Shown here: positions 19,361 through 28,989 of the stretch, one piece after another
Position numbering within the stretch: the first letter of the stretch is position 1
Layout of the letters: each line of letters opens with the position of its first letter
Assembly (NCBI GenBank): GCA_963618995.1
Contig: CAVEUD010000010.1
Coordinates: forward strand, 3,330-67,329
Length of the DNA stretch: 64,000 bases
Direction of reading: 5' to 3'
DNA from: a bacterium
Lineage (GTDB): Bacteria; Synergistota; Synergistia; Synergistales; Synergistaceae
Program-made: the position numbers and the translations under genes
Notes under the pieces: generated by a model
What the model was told of the DNA's origin: nothing
The model's input: only the letters and a program-made list of their open reading frames with translations
The model's database searches: none

Positions 19361-19463
19361 GCATAACGGCGCTTTCCTTCGGGAAACGTCCGTAACCGAC
19401 GCAAATTAAAAGCCCGCGCGGCGCGCGCCGGCGGGCGGAATAAATTATCAGAAGGAGCAAAAT

Positions 19464-20525
19464 ATGAAACAGATAATATTGACCGGCGACCGTCCGACGG
19501 GCCGCCTCCACGTGGGACATTACGTAGGCTCGCTCAAGGGCCGCGTGACGCTCCAGAACTCCGGGAAATTCGACGAAACATACATAATGATAGCCGATGC
19601 TCAGGCGCTCACCGACAATGCGGAGCACCCCGAGAAAGTCCGCAGCAACATCCTCCAGGTCGCGCTCGACTACCTCGCCTGCGGCATCGACCCCGAGAAG
19701 TCTACGATATTCATCCAGTCGATGGTTCCCCAGCTGACGGAGCTGACCTTCTACTACATGAACCTTGTCTCCGTCTCGCGCGTCCAGCGTAACCCGACGG
19801 TCAAGGCGGAAATCCAGATGCGCAACTTTGAGGCAAGCATCCCCGTCGGCTTCTTCTGCTACCCGATAAGCCAGGCTGCGGACATCACGGCCTTCCGCGC
19901 GACCGTCGTCCCGGTCGGAGAGGACCAGGCCCCGATGCTTGAACAGTGCCGCGAAATCGTCCATAAATTCAACGCCGTCTACGGCGAGACGCTCACCGAG
20001 CCGGAGATTATGCTCCCCGACAACCAGGCCTGCCTGCGCCTCCCCGGCACAGACGGCAAGGCGAAGATGAGCAAGTCGCTCGGCAACTGCATCTACCTCT
20101 CCGAAGAGCCGGAGGAGATACGCCAGAAGGTAATGTCGATGTACACCGACCCGCTGCACATCCGCGCGCAGGACCCGGGCCACATTGAGGACAACCCCGT
20201 GTTCATCTACCTCGACGCCTTCTGCCGCCCCGAATACTTCGAGCAGTTCCTGCCCGAGTACGCGGGCCTCGACGAGCTCAAGGCTCACTACCAGCGCGGC
20301 GGCCTCGGCGACGTAAAGGTCAAGAAATTCCTGAACAACGTAATGCAGGAAGAGCTTCGCCCGATACGCGAACGCCGCAAGGCGTGGGAAGCGCGCCTCC
20401 CAGAGGTCTGCGAAATCCTCCGCAAGGGCAGCGAAATCGCCGAAAGAAAAGCGGCCGAAACCCTCGCCGACGTGCGCAGCGCTATGAAGATAAACTATTT
20501 TGAGGACGGGAACCTGCTGAAATAG
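19464..20525 (+). CDS. trpS: Tryptophanyl-tRNA synthetase
   Basis: TGDRPTGRLHVGH (HIGH-like), VPVGEDQ, KMSKS. Confidence 0.97.
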   Translation: MKQIILTGDRPTGRLHVGHYVGSLKGRVTLQNSGKFDETYIMIADAQALTDNAEHPEKVRSNILQVALDYLACGIDPEKSTIFIQSMVPQLTELTFYYMNLVSVSRVQRNPTVKAEIQMRNFEASIPVGFFCYPISQAADITAFRATVVPVGEDQAPMLEQCREIVHKFNAVYGETLTEPEIMLPDNQACLRLPGTDGKAKMSKSLGNCIYLSEEPEEIRQKVMSMYTDPLHIRAQDPGHIEDNPVFIYLDAFCRPEYFEQFLPEYAGLDELKAHYQRGGLGDVKVKKFLNNVMQEELRPIRERRKAWEARLPEVCEILRKGSEIAERKAAETLADVRSAMKINYFEDGNLLK

Positions 20526-20544
20526 AACGCCGTGAAACGCATAT

Positions 20545-20584
20545 AAAAACGGAGCCGTCCATTGCGGACGGCTCCGTTCGTTTT
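20545..20584. terminator. Bidirectional terminator between convergent genes
   Basis: AAAAACGGAGCCGTCC-N5-GGACGGCTCCGTTCGTTTT. Confidence 0.8.
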
Positions 20585-20616
20585 CGCCGCCGGCGCGGCG
20601 TGGAACCAGCCGCGAG

Positions 20617-21315
20617 TTATTTAGCTTTTTTCACCAGATTATTCAGCGCCTTGGTGAGGCTCTGGATTTTTTTGTTGTTAGCTGGTTTTTTCAGCGCGGC
20701 CTGTGCGGACATCTCTTTGCCCCAGTAGGCTTTGTTCGCGTCGCGGTTCTGGTTTATGACGCAGCCGTCGATGGATACTCCGGCGAAGAGGCCCTTCGAC
20801 ATCGAGTAGCTGTATATCGAGGCCTGCGCGCGGCCGTCGGTTGCCGCGGAGGCGTCGCGTCCGACCGGGCCCGCGGCGATCGCCACGTCAGCGCCGAGCT
20901 TGAAGCTGTTGCCGCCGGTGAAGGCGCGTAGGCCGTCCTGATTTGTAATGACGAGCACCAGGCCGACGGACTGCACGCCGATCTGGAAGCCTATCGAAGC
21001 GCCGTTGATACCCATAAAGGCCGGGCCGCTCCACGTCCCGTTCTTATTGCGCAGAAGCACGAGCCCTTCGCCGGTCTGCCCGCCGAGGCCGAGCCCCGCC
21101 TTCGTCACCTTCGGGAATATCGCGACGCCTTTGCCGGACTTGATGACGTTCGCGAGCGCGTCGGCGTCTTCTTCTATCGCCATTTTGTCGATAAGGTCGG
21201 CAGAGAGCCTGATGCGCCGCTCGTGCGCCGTCTCCTTTGCGAGCGCCGCGCCGCAGGCGCAGAGGACGAGCATCGCCGCCGACAGCAACACGCAAAGCTT
21301 TCTGTTTATTCTCAT
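20617..21315 (-). CDS. Lipid-binding SYLF (Ysc84) domain protein, secreted
   Basis: Start reassigned to ATG 21315 (AAAGGAGG RBS, signal peptide); KAGLGLGG.GEG, SIGFQIG, AAGPVGR, YSYSMSKGLFAG. Confidence 0.9.
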   Translation of the reverse strand: MRINRKLCVLLSAAMLVLCACGAALAKETAHERRIRLSADLIDKMAIEEDADALANVIKSGKGVAIFPKVTKAGLGLGGQTGEGLVLLRNKNGTWSGPAFMGINGASIGFQIGVQSVGLVLVITNQDGLRAFTGGNSFKLGADVAIAAGPVGRDASAATDGRAQASIYSYSMSKGLFAGVSIDGCVINQNRDANKAYWGKEMSAQAALKKPANNKKIQSLTKALNNLVKKAK

Positions 21316-21433
21316 TATGACACCTCCTTTGGTTTTCATGATTGCGCTTAACGGATATTTTATCCTATCTCGCGCATAAAGACCAATAAAAGCATATAAT
21401 GTAGGCGGCAAATTATTATGAGGAGATGGCGTT

Positions 21434-21934
21434 ATGGAAAAGATTTTCGCGCCGTGGCGCGCGCAGTATATTCTCTCGAACTCGGAAGACAAGGAGAAGA
21501 TCGACGGCTGCATTTTCTGCGAATTCCCCAAACGCGACGAGGACGAGAAGCGCATGATAATCGAGCGCGGCAAGCATTGTTTTGTGATAATGAACGCGTA
21601 CCCTTACAACCCGGGACATCTGATGGTCGTGCCCTACCGCCACACTGCGGACGTCACATCGCTGACGGCGGACGAGTTCGCCGAGATGACGGCTCTGGCG
21701 CAGAAGTGCGTCAGTGCGCTGACTAAGCTTATGCAGCCGCACGGCTTCAACATCGGCATGAACATCGGCAAGGTTGCGGGCGCGGGCATAGACCAGCATC
21801 TGCATATGCACATCGTCCCGCGCTGGAACGGCGACACGAACTTCATGCCCGTAATTGGCGAGGTGCGCGTGCTCTCAGAGTCGCTCGCCTCGACCTACTC
21901 GCGCCTCAAGGCGATATGGCCGGAGATAGAGTAA
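21434..21934 (+). CDS. HIT family hydrolase (FHIT / Ap4A-type)
   Basis: GCIFC, NAYPYNPGHLM, HLHMHIVPRW histidine triad. Confidence 0.93.
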   Translation: MEKIFAPWRAQYILSNSEDKEKIDGCIFCEFPKRDEDEKRMIIERGKHCFVIMNAYPYNPGHLMVVPYRHTADVTSLTADEFAEMTALAQKCVSALTKLMQPHGFNIGMNIGKVAGAGIDQHLHMHIVPRWNGDTNFMPVIGEVRVLSESLASTYSRLKAIWPEIE

Positions 21935-22575
21935 CGACCTTCCGCGCGCCGCGCGCGGACTGCGACGCGGAGTTTACGGAGAAGCGCTCGCGCTTCATCG
22001 GCTCAGTGCGCACCGTGCTCTCTGCGGACGAGGCGGCGGAAATCATCAAAAAATTCCCGGAGCTCTACCCGAAGGCCAATCACCACTGCTGGGCCTACAG
22101 GATAGGGACTGGGACGGCGCTCGAACATTGCTCCGACGCGGGCGAGCCCTCCGGCACGGCGGGCCGCCCGATACTCGGCGTCATAAAGCGCCATGAGCTG
22201 ACCAACACGCTCATTGTCGTCACGCGCTACTTCGGCGGCATCAAGCTCGGAGTACGCGGCCTGATCGACGCATACAAAGCCTCCGCGGAACTCGCCGTCG
22301 AGCAGGCCGGAGCGGTCGAGATGGAGTTCCACAACGCTCTGCTGCTGCGCTGCGGCTACGATTACTCGAAAACTCTCGACGCGACGCTGCGCAAATGGGG
22401 CTTCACCGAAGACAGGATAAAGACGGAATACGGCGAGGACGTAGCCGTGCGTCTCGAAGTGCCGCTCTCGATGCGGGAGACGATAGAAGCGCCGCTCGCG
22501 GAGATGCGCGCGCGTTCGTTCCTCACGCAGTGCGAATGGGACGAAACGCCGCTTGTGCGCGAGAAATGGCGGTAG
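21916..22575 (+). CDS. YigZ/IMPACT family protein
   Basis: EKRSRFI, ANHHCWAY, SDAGEPSGTAG.P, VVTRYFGGIKLG. Confidence 0.93.
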   Translation: MAGDRVTTFRAPRADCDAEFTEKRSRFIGSVRTVLSADEAAEIIKKFPELYPKANHHCWAYRIGTGTALEHCSDAGEPSGTAGRPILGVIKRHELTNTLIVVTRYFGGIKLGVRGLIDAYKASAELAVEQAGAVEMEFHNALLLRCGYDYSKTLDATLRKWGFTEDRIKTEYGEDVAVRLEVPLSMRETIEAPLAEMRARSFLTQCEWDETPLVREKWR

Positions 22576-22689
22576 CGGTTATATAAACAAGCCTCCGCTC
22601 CGCGGAGGTTGTGCCGCCGACTTTGCTTTGCGGTGAAAACGCGCCTGCACGTAGCGTTAGAAAGATAATTTCCCGAAAGGAGCCATGCC

Positions 22690-23076
22690 GTGACCGCCGT
22701 CCGGAAAATCCTTCCAGCCTTTATAGTTGCGCTCGCGTTGCTCGTCCTTCCCGCGCCCGACCGCGTCCCCGCCGCAGCGGCGAATGACTGGCCGCTTGAG
22801 ATCGTCAACGAAAGCGGCGTCGAGATAACGTCGCTGCGCATATCTTACGCCGGCGCGGAAAAATGGTCGGAAAACCGCATAACGTCGCCGATACCAGACG
22901 GCGGCGCGGCGGAGCTCGACATAGGCCGCTCCTCCATACTCGGCATCAGCGACATAAAAATAACGGCCGGCGGCCGCGAAGTGGTTTGGCGGCGGCTTCC
23001 GATACTCGAGATATTCTCCGTCACAGTAAACGAAAAAATCGAACCTCGGTACGAACGCATCAAGCTCGGCGCCTGA
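22690..23076 (+). CDS. Small secreted hypothetical protein
   Basis: AGGAG RBS, signal-peptide-like N-terminus, beta-rich mature part (IVNESG.EI..L.IS). Confidence 0.6.
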   Translation: MTAVRKILPAFIVALALLVLPAPDRVPAAAANDWPLEIVNESGVEITSLRISYAGAEKWSENRITSPIPDGGAAELDIGRSSILGISDIKITAGGREVVWRRLPILEIFSVTVNEKIEPRYERIKLGA

Positions 23077-23175
23077 TAGGGCGCGAAGCGGCGCGGCGCG
23101 CCGCTCAGTAAAAAATACTCAACGGGATGCAATAAGCTGGCCGTCAGAGACGAAAAGACAGAAGGAGCCGATGAA

Positions 23176-23790
23176 ATGGCTGAGAACAAACGGATATATC
23201 TCATGCGCCACGCGAAGCCGGAGCTGCCGTTCGGGGGCCGCGTCTATTACGGGAGGACGGACTTCCCGCTCTCCGAGGAGGGACGCGCCGCGGCGGCGAA
23301 GACAGGCGAGCAGCTGCGCGGCATGATAACATTCGACGCGCTCTACACGAGCGGCATGAAACGAGCCGTGGAAACGGCCTCGCTAGCCGTCCCGGGAATG
23401 AGCGGAACCTCCGTCCCCGAACTGCGCGAGGTAGACTTGGGCGACTGGGACGGACGCTCATACGACGAAGTGCGCGAGCAGTTCCGCGAGATATACGAGC
23501 GCCGCGGCGTTGAGTTCGCGCGCACCGCGCCGCCCGGCGGCGAGAGCTTCGAAGAGATGCAGCGACGCACAGTGCCGGCCTTTGATAAAATCGCTGCGGC
23601 GCACGAAAGCGGCAACATCCTGATAGTGGCTCACGGCGGCGCGATATGGAGCATAATCGCGCGCCTCTTCGGCCTCGACCTCAACGACATGTTCTTCTTC
23701 CCGCTCGACTACTGCGGCATAGACATCGTAGAGCCCTCCTGCGGAAGATGGCGGCTCGTAAAATACAACTGGACGCCTTGCCTTTTATAA
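23176..23790 (+). CDS. Histidine phosphatase family protein (CobC / phosphoglycerate mutase-like)
   Basis: IYLMRHA, RAVETA, LREVDLGDWDG, PGGES, VAHGG. Confidence 0.88.
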   Translation: MAENKRIYLMRHAKPELPFGGRVYYGRTDFPLSEEGRAAAAKTGEQLRGMITFDALYTSGMKRAVETASLAVPGMSGTSVPELREVDLGDWDGRSYDEVREQFREIYERRGVEFARTAPPGGESFEEMQRRTVPAFDKIAAAHESGNILIVAHGGAIWSIIARLFGLDLNDMFFFPLDYCGIDIVEPSCGRWRLVKYNWTPCLL

Positions 23791-24417
23791 CGGCTGATCG
23801 GGCGTGCTTATGCCGCGCAGGTAGCAGGTTAAAGGGATATTCGAAAAATCTCTCATTGTGGCTGTGGATTTTTCCGCAGCCCAGTCCATCATACACCCGT
23901 GGCTTACGAGTGTAAGGTCATGGACAAGCTGGTCAACGCTGATGTCTTTCCTTATGGATCCCTCTTCTTGGCCGCGCGCCATCAATTCTGAGAAGATTTT
24001 GTAATAGGCCCTTTCTGGGTCGGCCATAATCCTGGCGAAGTCTAAATTGGAGAGCATCTGCGCGTAAACGACGCTTATATACTCGTGGCCGTAATTGACG
24101 CAGACGTCCTGTATCCACAAAAGCATTTCTTTAATAACGGCAGGAGCCTTAGCCCGCGCAAGCTCCGGATCTTTCTGAACTTCTTCGTAATGTTTCATAT
24201 ACTCTTCGTCCAGTCTCTTGTGCCATGCCGTTAAGAGCGCGTATTTATTCTTAAAATGATGATAAAGTGAACCGACTGAGATCCCTGCGGCTTCGGCAAT
24301 TTCTTCTACCGTTACGTTATAAAAGCCGCGTTCCTTAAACATAGCGTGCGCCGTGTCAAAGATTCTGTTCTTCGTCTGTAAAGCCTGCCGCTTTCTTTTC
24401 GTGCTTCGTATATACAT
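23785..24417 (-). CDS. TetR/AcrR-family regulator
   Basis: N-terminal HTH TVEEIAEAAGISVGSLYHHFKNK. Confidence 0.93.
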   Translation of the reverse strand: MYIRSTKRKRQALQTKNRIFDTAHAMFKERGFYNVTVEEIAEAAGISVGSLYHHFKNKYALLTAWHKRLDEEYMKHYEEVQKDPELARAKAPAVIKEMLLWIQDVCVNYGHEYISVVYAQMLSNLDFARIMADPERAYYKIFSELMARGQEEGSIRKDISVDQLVHDLTLVSHGCMMDWAAEKSTATMRDFSNIPLTCYLRGISTPDQPL

Positions 24418-24550
24418 GCCGACACATCCTTATGCCAACCTGCTGTGGCTAGGGCTCATTCTAGGTGTTGATTAAGAAAAAAGTCAAGCAACGAAGTTGC
24501 GGTAAAATTTATTCGATATTTATAAAACAAACTATATAACATAAAAGTTC

Positions 24551-24597
24551 TTGACCTTGCGTCAACGATTAATTATAATGCATTCATTGAATGCATT
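24551..24597 (+). promoter_or_regulatory. sigma70 promoter overlapped by a perfect 21-bp palindrome (probable TetR operator)
   Basis: TTGACC-17-TATAAT (24551-24579); AATGCATTCA-T-TGAATGCATT (24577-24597). Confidence 0.8.
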
Positions 24598-24707
24598 CGC
24601 TGAATAGACTAAAAGAAATACTCAGCAGGAAAGGAAGGGAACCTGCCGCGTTCGATGGGGTGTACCGTTTCATCAGATTTTTTTATCCGTTCAAGGAGGT
24701 ATAGCTT

Positions 24708-26126
24708 ATGCACGAATTAGTCAACGTACCGGAGATGCTGTACGTAGTTATCGCTTATCTGGCTGTTATCATGCTTGTCGGCGGTTATTTTTACAGCAAA
24801 GAGAAGAAAGCCGGAAACAACTCTCACGAAGAGTTCCTGTTAGCCGGCCGCAGTCTTGGCAAGATTGTCATAATAGGCACGATTTTCGCCACATATCTCG
24901 GCGGCGGCACTGTTACCGGAGGAGGCAACTCACTAGCCTATCAGTTTGGTATTTGGCCTAGTATCTGCTTCGCCATTCCGCCGATTATTTCTCTTTCAGT
25001 CCTCTATATGATGAGCGAGAAGATTCGAAACAGCGGATGCTTTACCGTCGCCGAGCTGCTTGAGAAAAAATTCGGCAGCACGGCGAGAACGATATCCGCG
25101 GCGATCATCGCTTTGTCTTTTATCTCTATCGTCTCTTTCCAGTACCGCGGACTCGGCTTCGTCCTCAGCACAACGACCGGAATATCTGTCGGCGCGTGCA
25201 CCGTGATATGCGCGGTAGTCGTTATTGTCCTCGCTTATTCCGGCGGACTTAAAACAGTCGCTGTCACAGACGCGATGAGCGCGTTTATCATGCTGTTGAG
25301 CATAGGCCTGGCGCTGCCGATGTTGGTCTCCGAGGTCGGCGGAATTGAATGGATAAAGTCGCAGGCAACGCCGACGCAGCTTAGCTTTTTCGGCGGACAG
25401 ACGTTTTTAGGATGGCTTGGCGCCTATTTGCCGCTGACGCTGCTGACTATAGGAGACCAAAACTTCTATCAGAGAATCAATGCTGCAAAAGACCTTAAGA
25501 CCGCGCGCATCGGGCTGATTGGATGTATGATCGCCTCTGTTATAATCATTCCGCTTATCGGCTGCATTTCTTTCATCGGGCGTCTCTGGTTCGGCGCCAA
25601 TATACAGGCGGGGCAGTCGCTGATTGCCACTTCGTCTCTGCTGCCGGTCATCTGGGGCGGCTTCCTGCTTGCCGGAGCGTCCGCGTTCATCATTACTACG
25701 GCTGACTCGTTCCTGCTCTCCGCTTCGTCAAACTTCACGATGGATATTTATCTCAAGGTCATCAATCCGAAAGCGACGGAAAAACAGCAGGTGTTCGCAA
25801 CGCGTATGTTTATCGCAATCGCCGGAGTGGCGGCGCTTATCATTCTGTCGTTCTATCCGAGCATACTCGCTGTACAGTATATGTCATACACTATATCAGG
25901 ATGTGCGATTACGCCGGCTGTCGTCAGCGTTCTTGTATGGCCTAAGGTCACGAGGTTCGGAGGCATAGCTTCCATGGTATGCGGTACAGTCGCTACTATC
26001 ATATGGGAAGTCCTGAAATATCCGTATGGTATTCAGACGATATACATAGCGCTTCCGATCTCTATCGTCGTCCTTATCGTCGGTTCGCTGTGCACTCAGC
26101 CAAAAGGCGACGCCGCAAAGGCGTAA
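24708..26126 (+). CDS. Sodium:solute symporter (SSS) family protein
   Basis: EFLLAGRSL, ATYLGGG, GGLKTVAVTD, QNFYQRI, IITTADS. Confidence 0.92.
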   Translation: MHELVNVPEMLYVVIAYLAVIMLVGGYFYSKEKKAGNNSHEEFLLAGRSLGKIVIIGTIFATYLGGGTVTGGGNSLAYQFGIWPSICFAIPPIISLSVLYMMSEKIRNSGCFTVAELLEKKFGSTARTISAAIIALSFISIVSFQYRGLGFVLSTTTGISVGACTVICAVVVIVLAYSGGLKTVAVTDAMSAFIMLLSIGLALPMLVSEVGGIEWIKSQATPTQLSFFGGQTFLGWLGAYLPLTLLTIGDQNFYQRINAAKDLKTARIGLIGCMIASVIIIPLIGCISFIGRLWFGANIQAGQSLIATSSLLPVIWGGFLLAGASAFIITTADSFLLSASSNFTMDIYLKVINPKATEKQQVFATRMFIAIAGVAALIILSFYPSILAVQYMSYTISGCAITPAVVSVLVWPKVTRFGGIASMVCGTVATIIWEVLKYPYGIQTIYIALPISIVVLIVGSLCTQPKGDAAKA

Positions 26127-26164
26127 AGCAGATTAAAATATAGAATATCGGAGGTGTAAACTCT

Positions 26165-27424
26165 ATGGAGTTCAAGAAAATTAAATGCGGGAAACTATAT
26201 GACGGAGTCAAGCAGGCTTTTCAGGAGGATATGGAAATCCTCGTCGAGGGCAAGAAGATAAAGGAGGTCGGGCATAATCTGCCATGCCCGGAAGGGACGG
26301 AGATAATTGATCTGACGGATAAAACCGTAACGCCCGGCATGATAGACGCGCACATGCATCCGCAGTATTTCCATTGGAAGGATGTTTATCTTGACAGCTT
26401 GTACAATTCCGACGGCTACAGGACGCTCGCCGTCGCGACGTGCGCGAAGAGATGCCTGCATTCCGGCTTTACAACTGTCAGGTCGCTCGGATGGTGGCGC
26501 GAGGCTTACGAGCTCGACGTCAAGCGCGCGATTGAAGAAGGGTATGTCGAGGGCGCGCGCCTTGTAGTCTCGTCGCATTTCATCTGCTCCCCAGGAAGCC
26601 ACGGCGACATGACGCCGACGTTCCGCACCAATCCTTATCTTGCCGATTATATGACCGCGCAGTATCCGACCTGCGGCAACGGAGCGGATTTCTTTGTCGG
26701 AGCTGTCCGCCGTGAGAAGAAAATGGGCTACGATTTCCTGAAAATCATGGCTACCGGCGGTTTTGCTACGCCGTATGACGATCCGGACGATATACAGCTC
26801 AACGACGAGGAATTCAAGGCAATCTTTGAGACGGCGCGCGAAGTCAAAATATCTTCGACGGCCCACGCCTACGGGCCGAGGCTTATGAAGAAGCTTATCG
26901 GCTACGGTATTACCGGAATAGAACACGGCTCGCTGATGGACAGGGAAACGGCGAAAATGTTCGAGGACAGCGGGACATATCTCGTGCCGACCTTCATGCC
27001 CTACGAAGACGCCGTGCATCCGGACGAGGAGAGTATGTCGAAAAAGAGCGTTCATTACCAGAGGAAGCTGCATATTTATCAGAAGCAGCTCCAGGAAGGA
27101 CGCGAAATCATCATCAACAGCAAGATAAAGCTCGGGTACGGCACCGATATGGTCTCTGTCCATAATAACTACGAAAGCGGCTGGGAATATTACGCTTGGC
27201 ACACTAACGGCATGGACCCGTTCCGCATCCTCAAGGCTGCGACCGCGACGAATGCAGAAATATGCGAGATTGCGGACAAAACAGGCACGATAGTCCCAGG
27301 CAAGTTCGCAGATATAGCGGCTTGGGGAAGGGATTTGACAAAAGACCCGCACGCGCTGCGCGACTGCGCCTTCGTCATGAAGGAAGGGCAGGTCTATCCG
27401 ACTATCAGCCGTATCAACGATTAA
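26165..27424 (+). CDS. Metal-dependent amidohydrolase (prolidase-like subgroup)
   Basis: PGMIDAHMH, KIMATGG, AHAYG, IEHG, GTD, GKFADI. Confidence 0.92.
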   Translation: MEFKKIKCGKLYDGVKQAFQEDMEILVEGKKIKEVGHNLPCPEGTEIIDLTDKTVTPGMIDAHMHPQYFHWKDVYLDSLYNSDGYRTLAVATCAKRCLHSGFTTVRSLGWWREAYELDVKRAIEEGYVEGARLVVSSHFICSPGSHGDMTPTFRTNPYLADYMTAQYPTCGNGADFFVGAVRREKKMGYDFLKIMATGGFATPYDDPDDIQLNDEEFKAIFETAREVKISSTAHAYGPRLMKKLIGYGITGIEHGSLMDRETAKMFEDSGTYLVPTFMPYEDAVHPDEESMSKKSVHYQRKLHIYQKQLQEGREIIINSKIKLGYGTDMVSVHNNYESGWEYYAWHTNGMDPFRILKAATATNAEICEIADKTGTIVPGKFADIAAWGRDLTKDPHALRDCAFVMKEGQVYPTISRIND

Positions 27425-27496
27425 ACATAATATATTTATGAGGAGGACGCCGGTAAAAAGCAATTTTTACCGGCGTTTTTCGCAGGAGGTGCTGAA

Positions 27497-28306
27497 GTGA
27501 GCAGCGACGCCGTAAGCGGTATCATGATTCCCGAACTTTTCAGCGTAAAGGATAAGGTTGTGCTCATCACCGGAGCCGGAGGCATGGGGAAAGTTTTTGC
27601 CCGCGCGTTTGCAGCCAACGGCGCAAGGGTGGCCGTTGCCAGCCGTAGGAACGAAAGCCTGTTAAAGATACGGGAAACGCTTGGCAGGGAACGGTACGAA
27701 TGCGGCATATATCAGGTAGACGTCGCCGATAAAGAGGCCGTTGAGGCAACGATCCGGCTGGTCGAAACAGATTTCGGAAGAATCGACGTTTTGATTCATA
27801 CGCCTGCCATAGCGAAGCTCGGCCCGTCCATGGATTTTGATGAAAAAGATTTCAGAGACACCATGGATATCAACTTTTTCGGCGCCGTGTATATGAATGT
27901 AGCAGCCGCCAGGGTAATGCGTAAAAATAAATGGGGCAGAATCATCAATATAAACAGCATCGACGGTTTTTCGGTAAACTGCGTTGACGATCTGCCATAC
28001 TCGGCCAGTAAATCTGCGATGATGGCGTTAACCCGTCATCTGGCTGTAGATCTCGCGAAAGACGGCGTCACCGTAAACGGCATAGCCCCGGTTTGGATTT
28101 GGACGCCGATGATGGAACAGCGCCCAGGAGATTATATGGTTAAAGCCGCCGAGACTATACCTATGGGGCGGTGCTCCTACTGCGAAGACTATCTCGGAAT
28201 GACGTTTTTCCTGGCAAGCGAAGCCAGCGGTTATGTGACCGGCCAGACTTTTCTCGTCGACGGCGGTTGGTCCGTGTGCAGGGCTTTTAAGTATTCGGAC
28301 AAATAA
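27497..28306 (+). CDS. SDR family NAD(P)-dependent oxidoreductase
   Basis: ITGAGGMG, YSASK (YxxxK), VTGQTFLVDGG. Confidence 0.92.
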   Translation: MSSDAVSGIMIPELFSVKDKVVLITGAGGMGKVFARAFAANGARVAVASRRNESLLKIRETLGRERYECGIYQVDVADKEAVEATIRLVETDFGRIDVLIHTPAIAKLGPSMDFDEKDFRDTMDINFFGAVYMNVAAARVMRKNKWGRIININSIDGFSVNCVDDLPYSASKSAMMALTRHLAVDLAKDGVTVNGIAPVWIWTPMMEQRPGDYMVKAAETIPMGRCSYCEDYLGMTFFLASEASGYVTGQTFLVDGGWSVCRAFKYSDK

Positions 28307-28446
28307 CTTTCCCTTATTTGCGCGGCCGTCTTTTGCGCAGCGGTTAAGACGGCCGCTTTTATCGTCGCCACAAATTTCCCTTATTTGTCTGCTACAATAG
28401 CCTCGAACAAAAATATATGCGCGTTGCGGATAGTGGGGTAATTCGT

Positions 28447-28989
28447 ATGAAAAATAAAGGGTTTGGCGTTGTCAGCGTCATTGTGGCGGTAGTTTCAATA
28501 ATACTTCTCGTCGCTGCGGCGTGGCTCGGCGCGGAAGCTGTGAAAAAGCGCGGGGTTGAAAAGGGGACGGAAGCGCTCGCGGCGGGCGATTACGCGCTGG
28601 CGGCGGAGTATCTGGCGCGCGCGGATAAATTTTCGCTGCGCAGCGACGCATCGGTGCTGACGGCGCTCGGCGAGGCGCGCGAAGGGCTCGGCGACAAGCC
28701 GACAGCGAAGGAATGCTATTCGCGCGCAATCGAGGCCGACGGCGCGCACGCCGCGGCGCATTACAGGCTCGCCAAGATATATATAGAGGAAAAGAATTTC
28801 GAAGCGGCCCGCACGGAGGCTGCGGCGCTCGAAAAGCTCGGCACGGCGGAGGCCTCGCAGTACGCGAAGGAGCTCAAGCAGGAAATCGGCCTCGGCTCGG
28901 TTAAGAGCCTCTTTGACGGCATCGTCGAGAAGGTCCTGCCCGAGCTCGGCATCGGCGGCAAGTCCGCGGAATCGGGTGATGTGAAGTGA
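28447..28989 (+). CDS. Membrane-anchored TPR protein
   Basis: N-terminal TM helix, then TPR-like helices (ALGEAREGLGD...A..CY.RAI; AHYRLAKIY). Confidence 0.75.
   Translation: MKNKGFGVVSVIVAVVSIILLVAAAWLGAEAVKKRGVEKGTEALAAGDYALAAEYLARADKFSLRSDASVLTALGEAREGLGDKPTAKECYSRAIEADGAHAAAHYRLAKIYIEEKNFEAARTEAAALEKLGTAEASQYAKELKQEIGLGSVKSLFDGIVEKVLPELGIGGKSAESGDVK

Noticed and set aside
19361..19463. T-box leader for trpS
   Set aside because: The leader is only about 100 nt and lacks the T-box consensus and terminator.
20617..21573. 318-aa version of the SYLF ORF, and the extended starts of 38103-39038, 43715-44932 and 35878-37227
   Set aside because: The extensions overlap neighbouring genes or lack an RBS. 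Downstream starts with an RBS or family N-terminus fit better.
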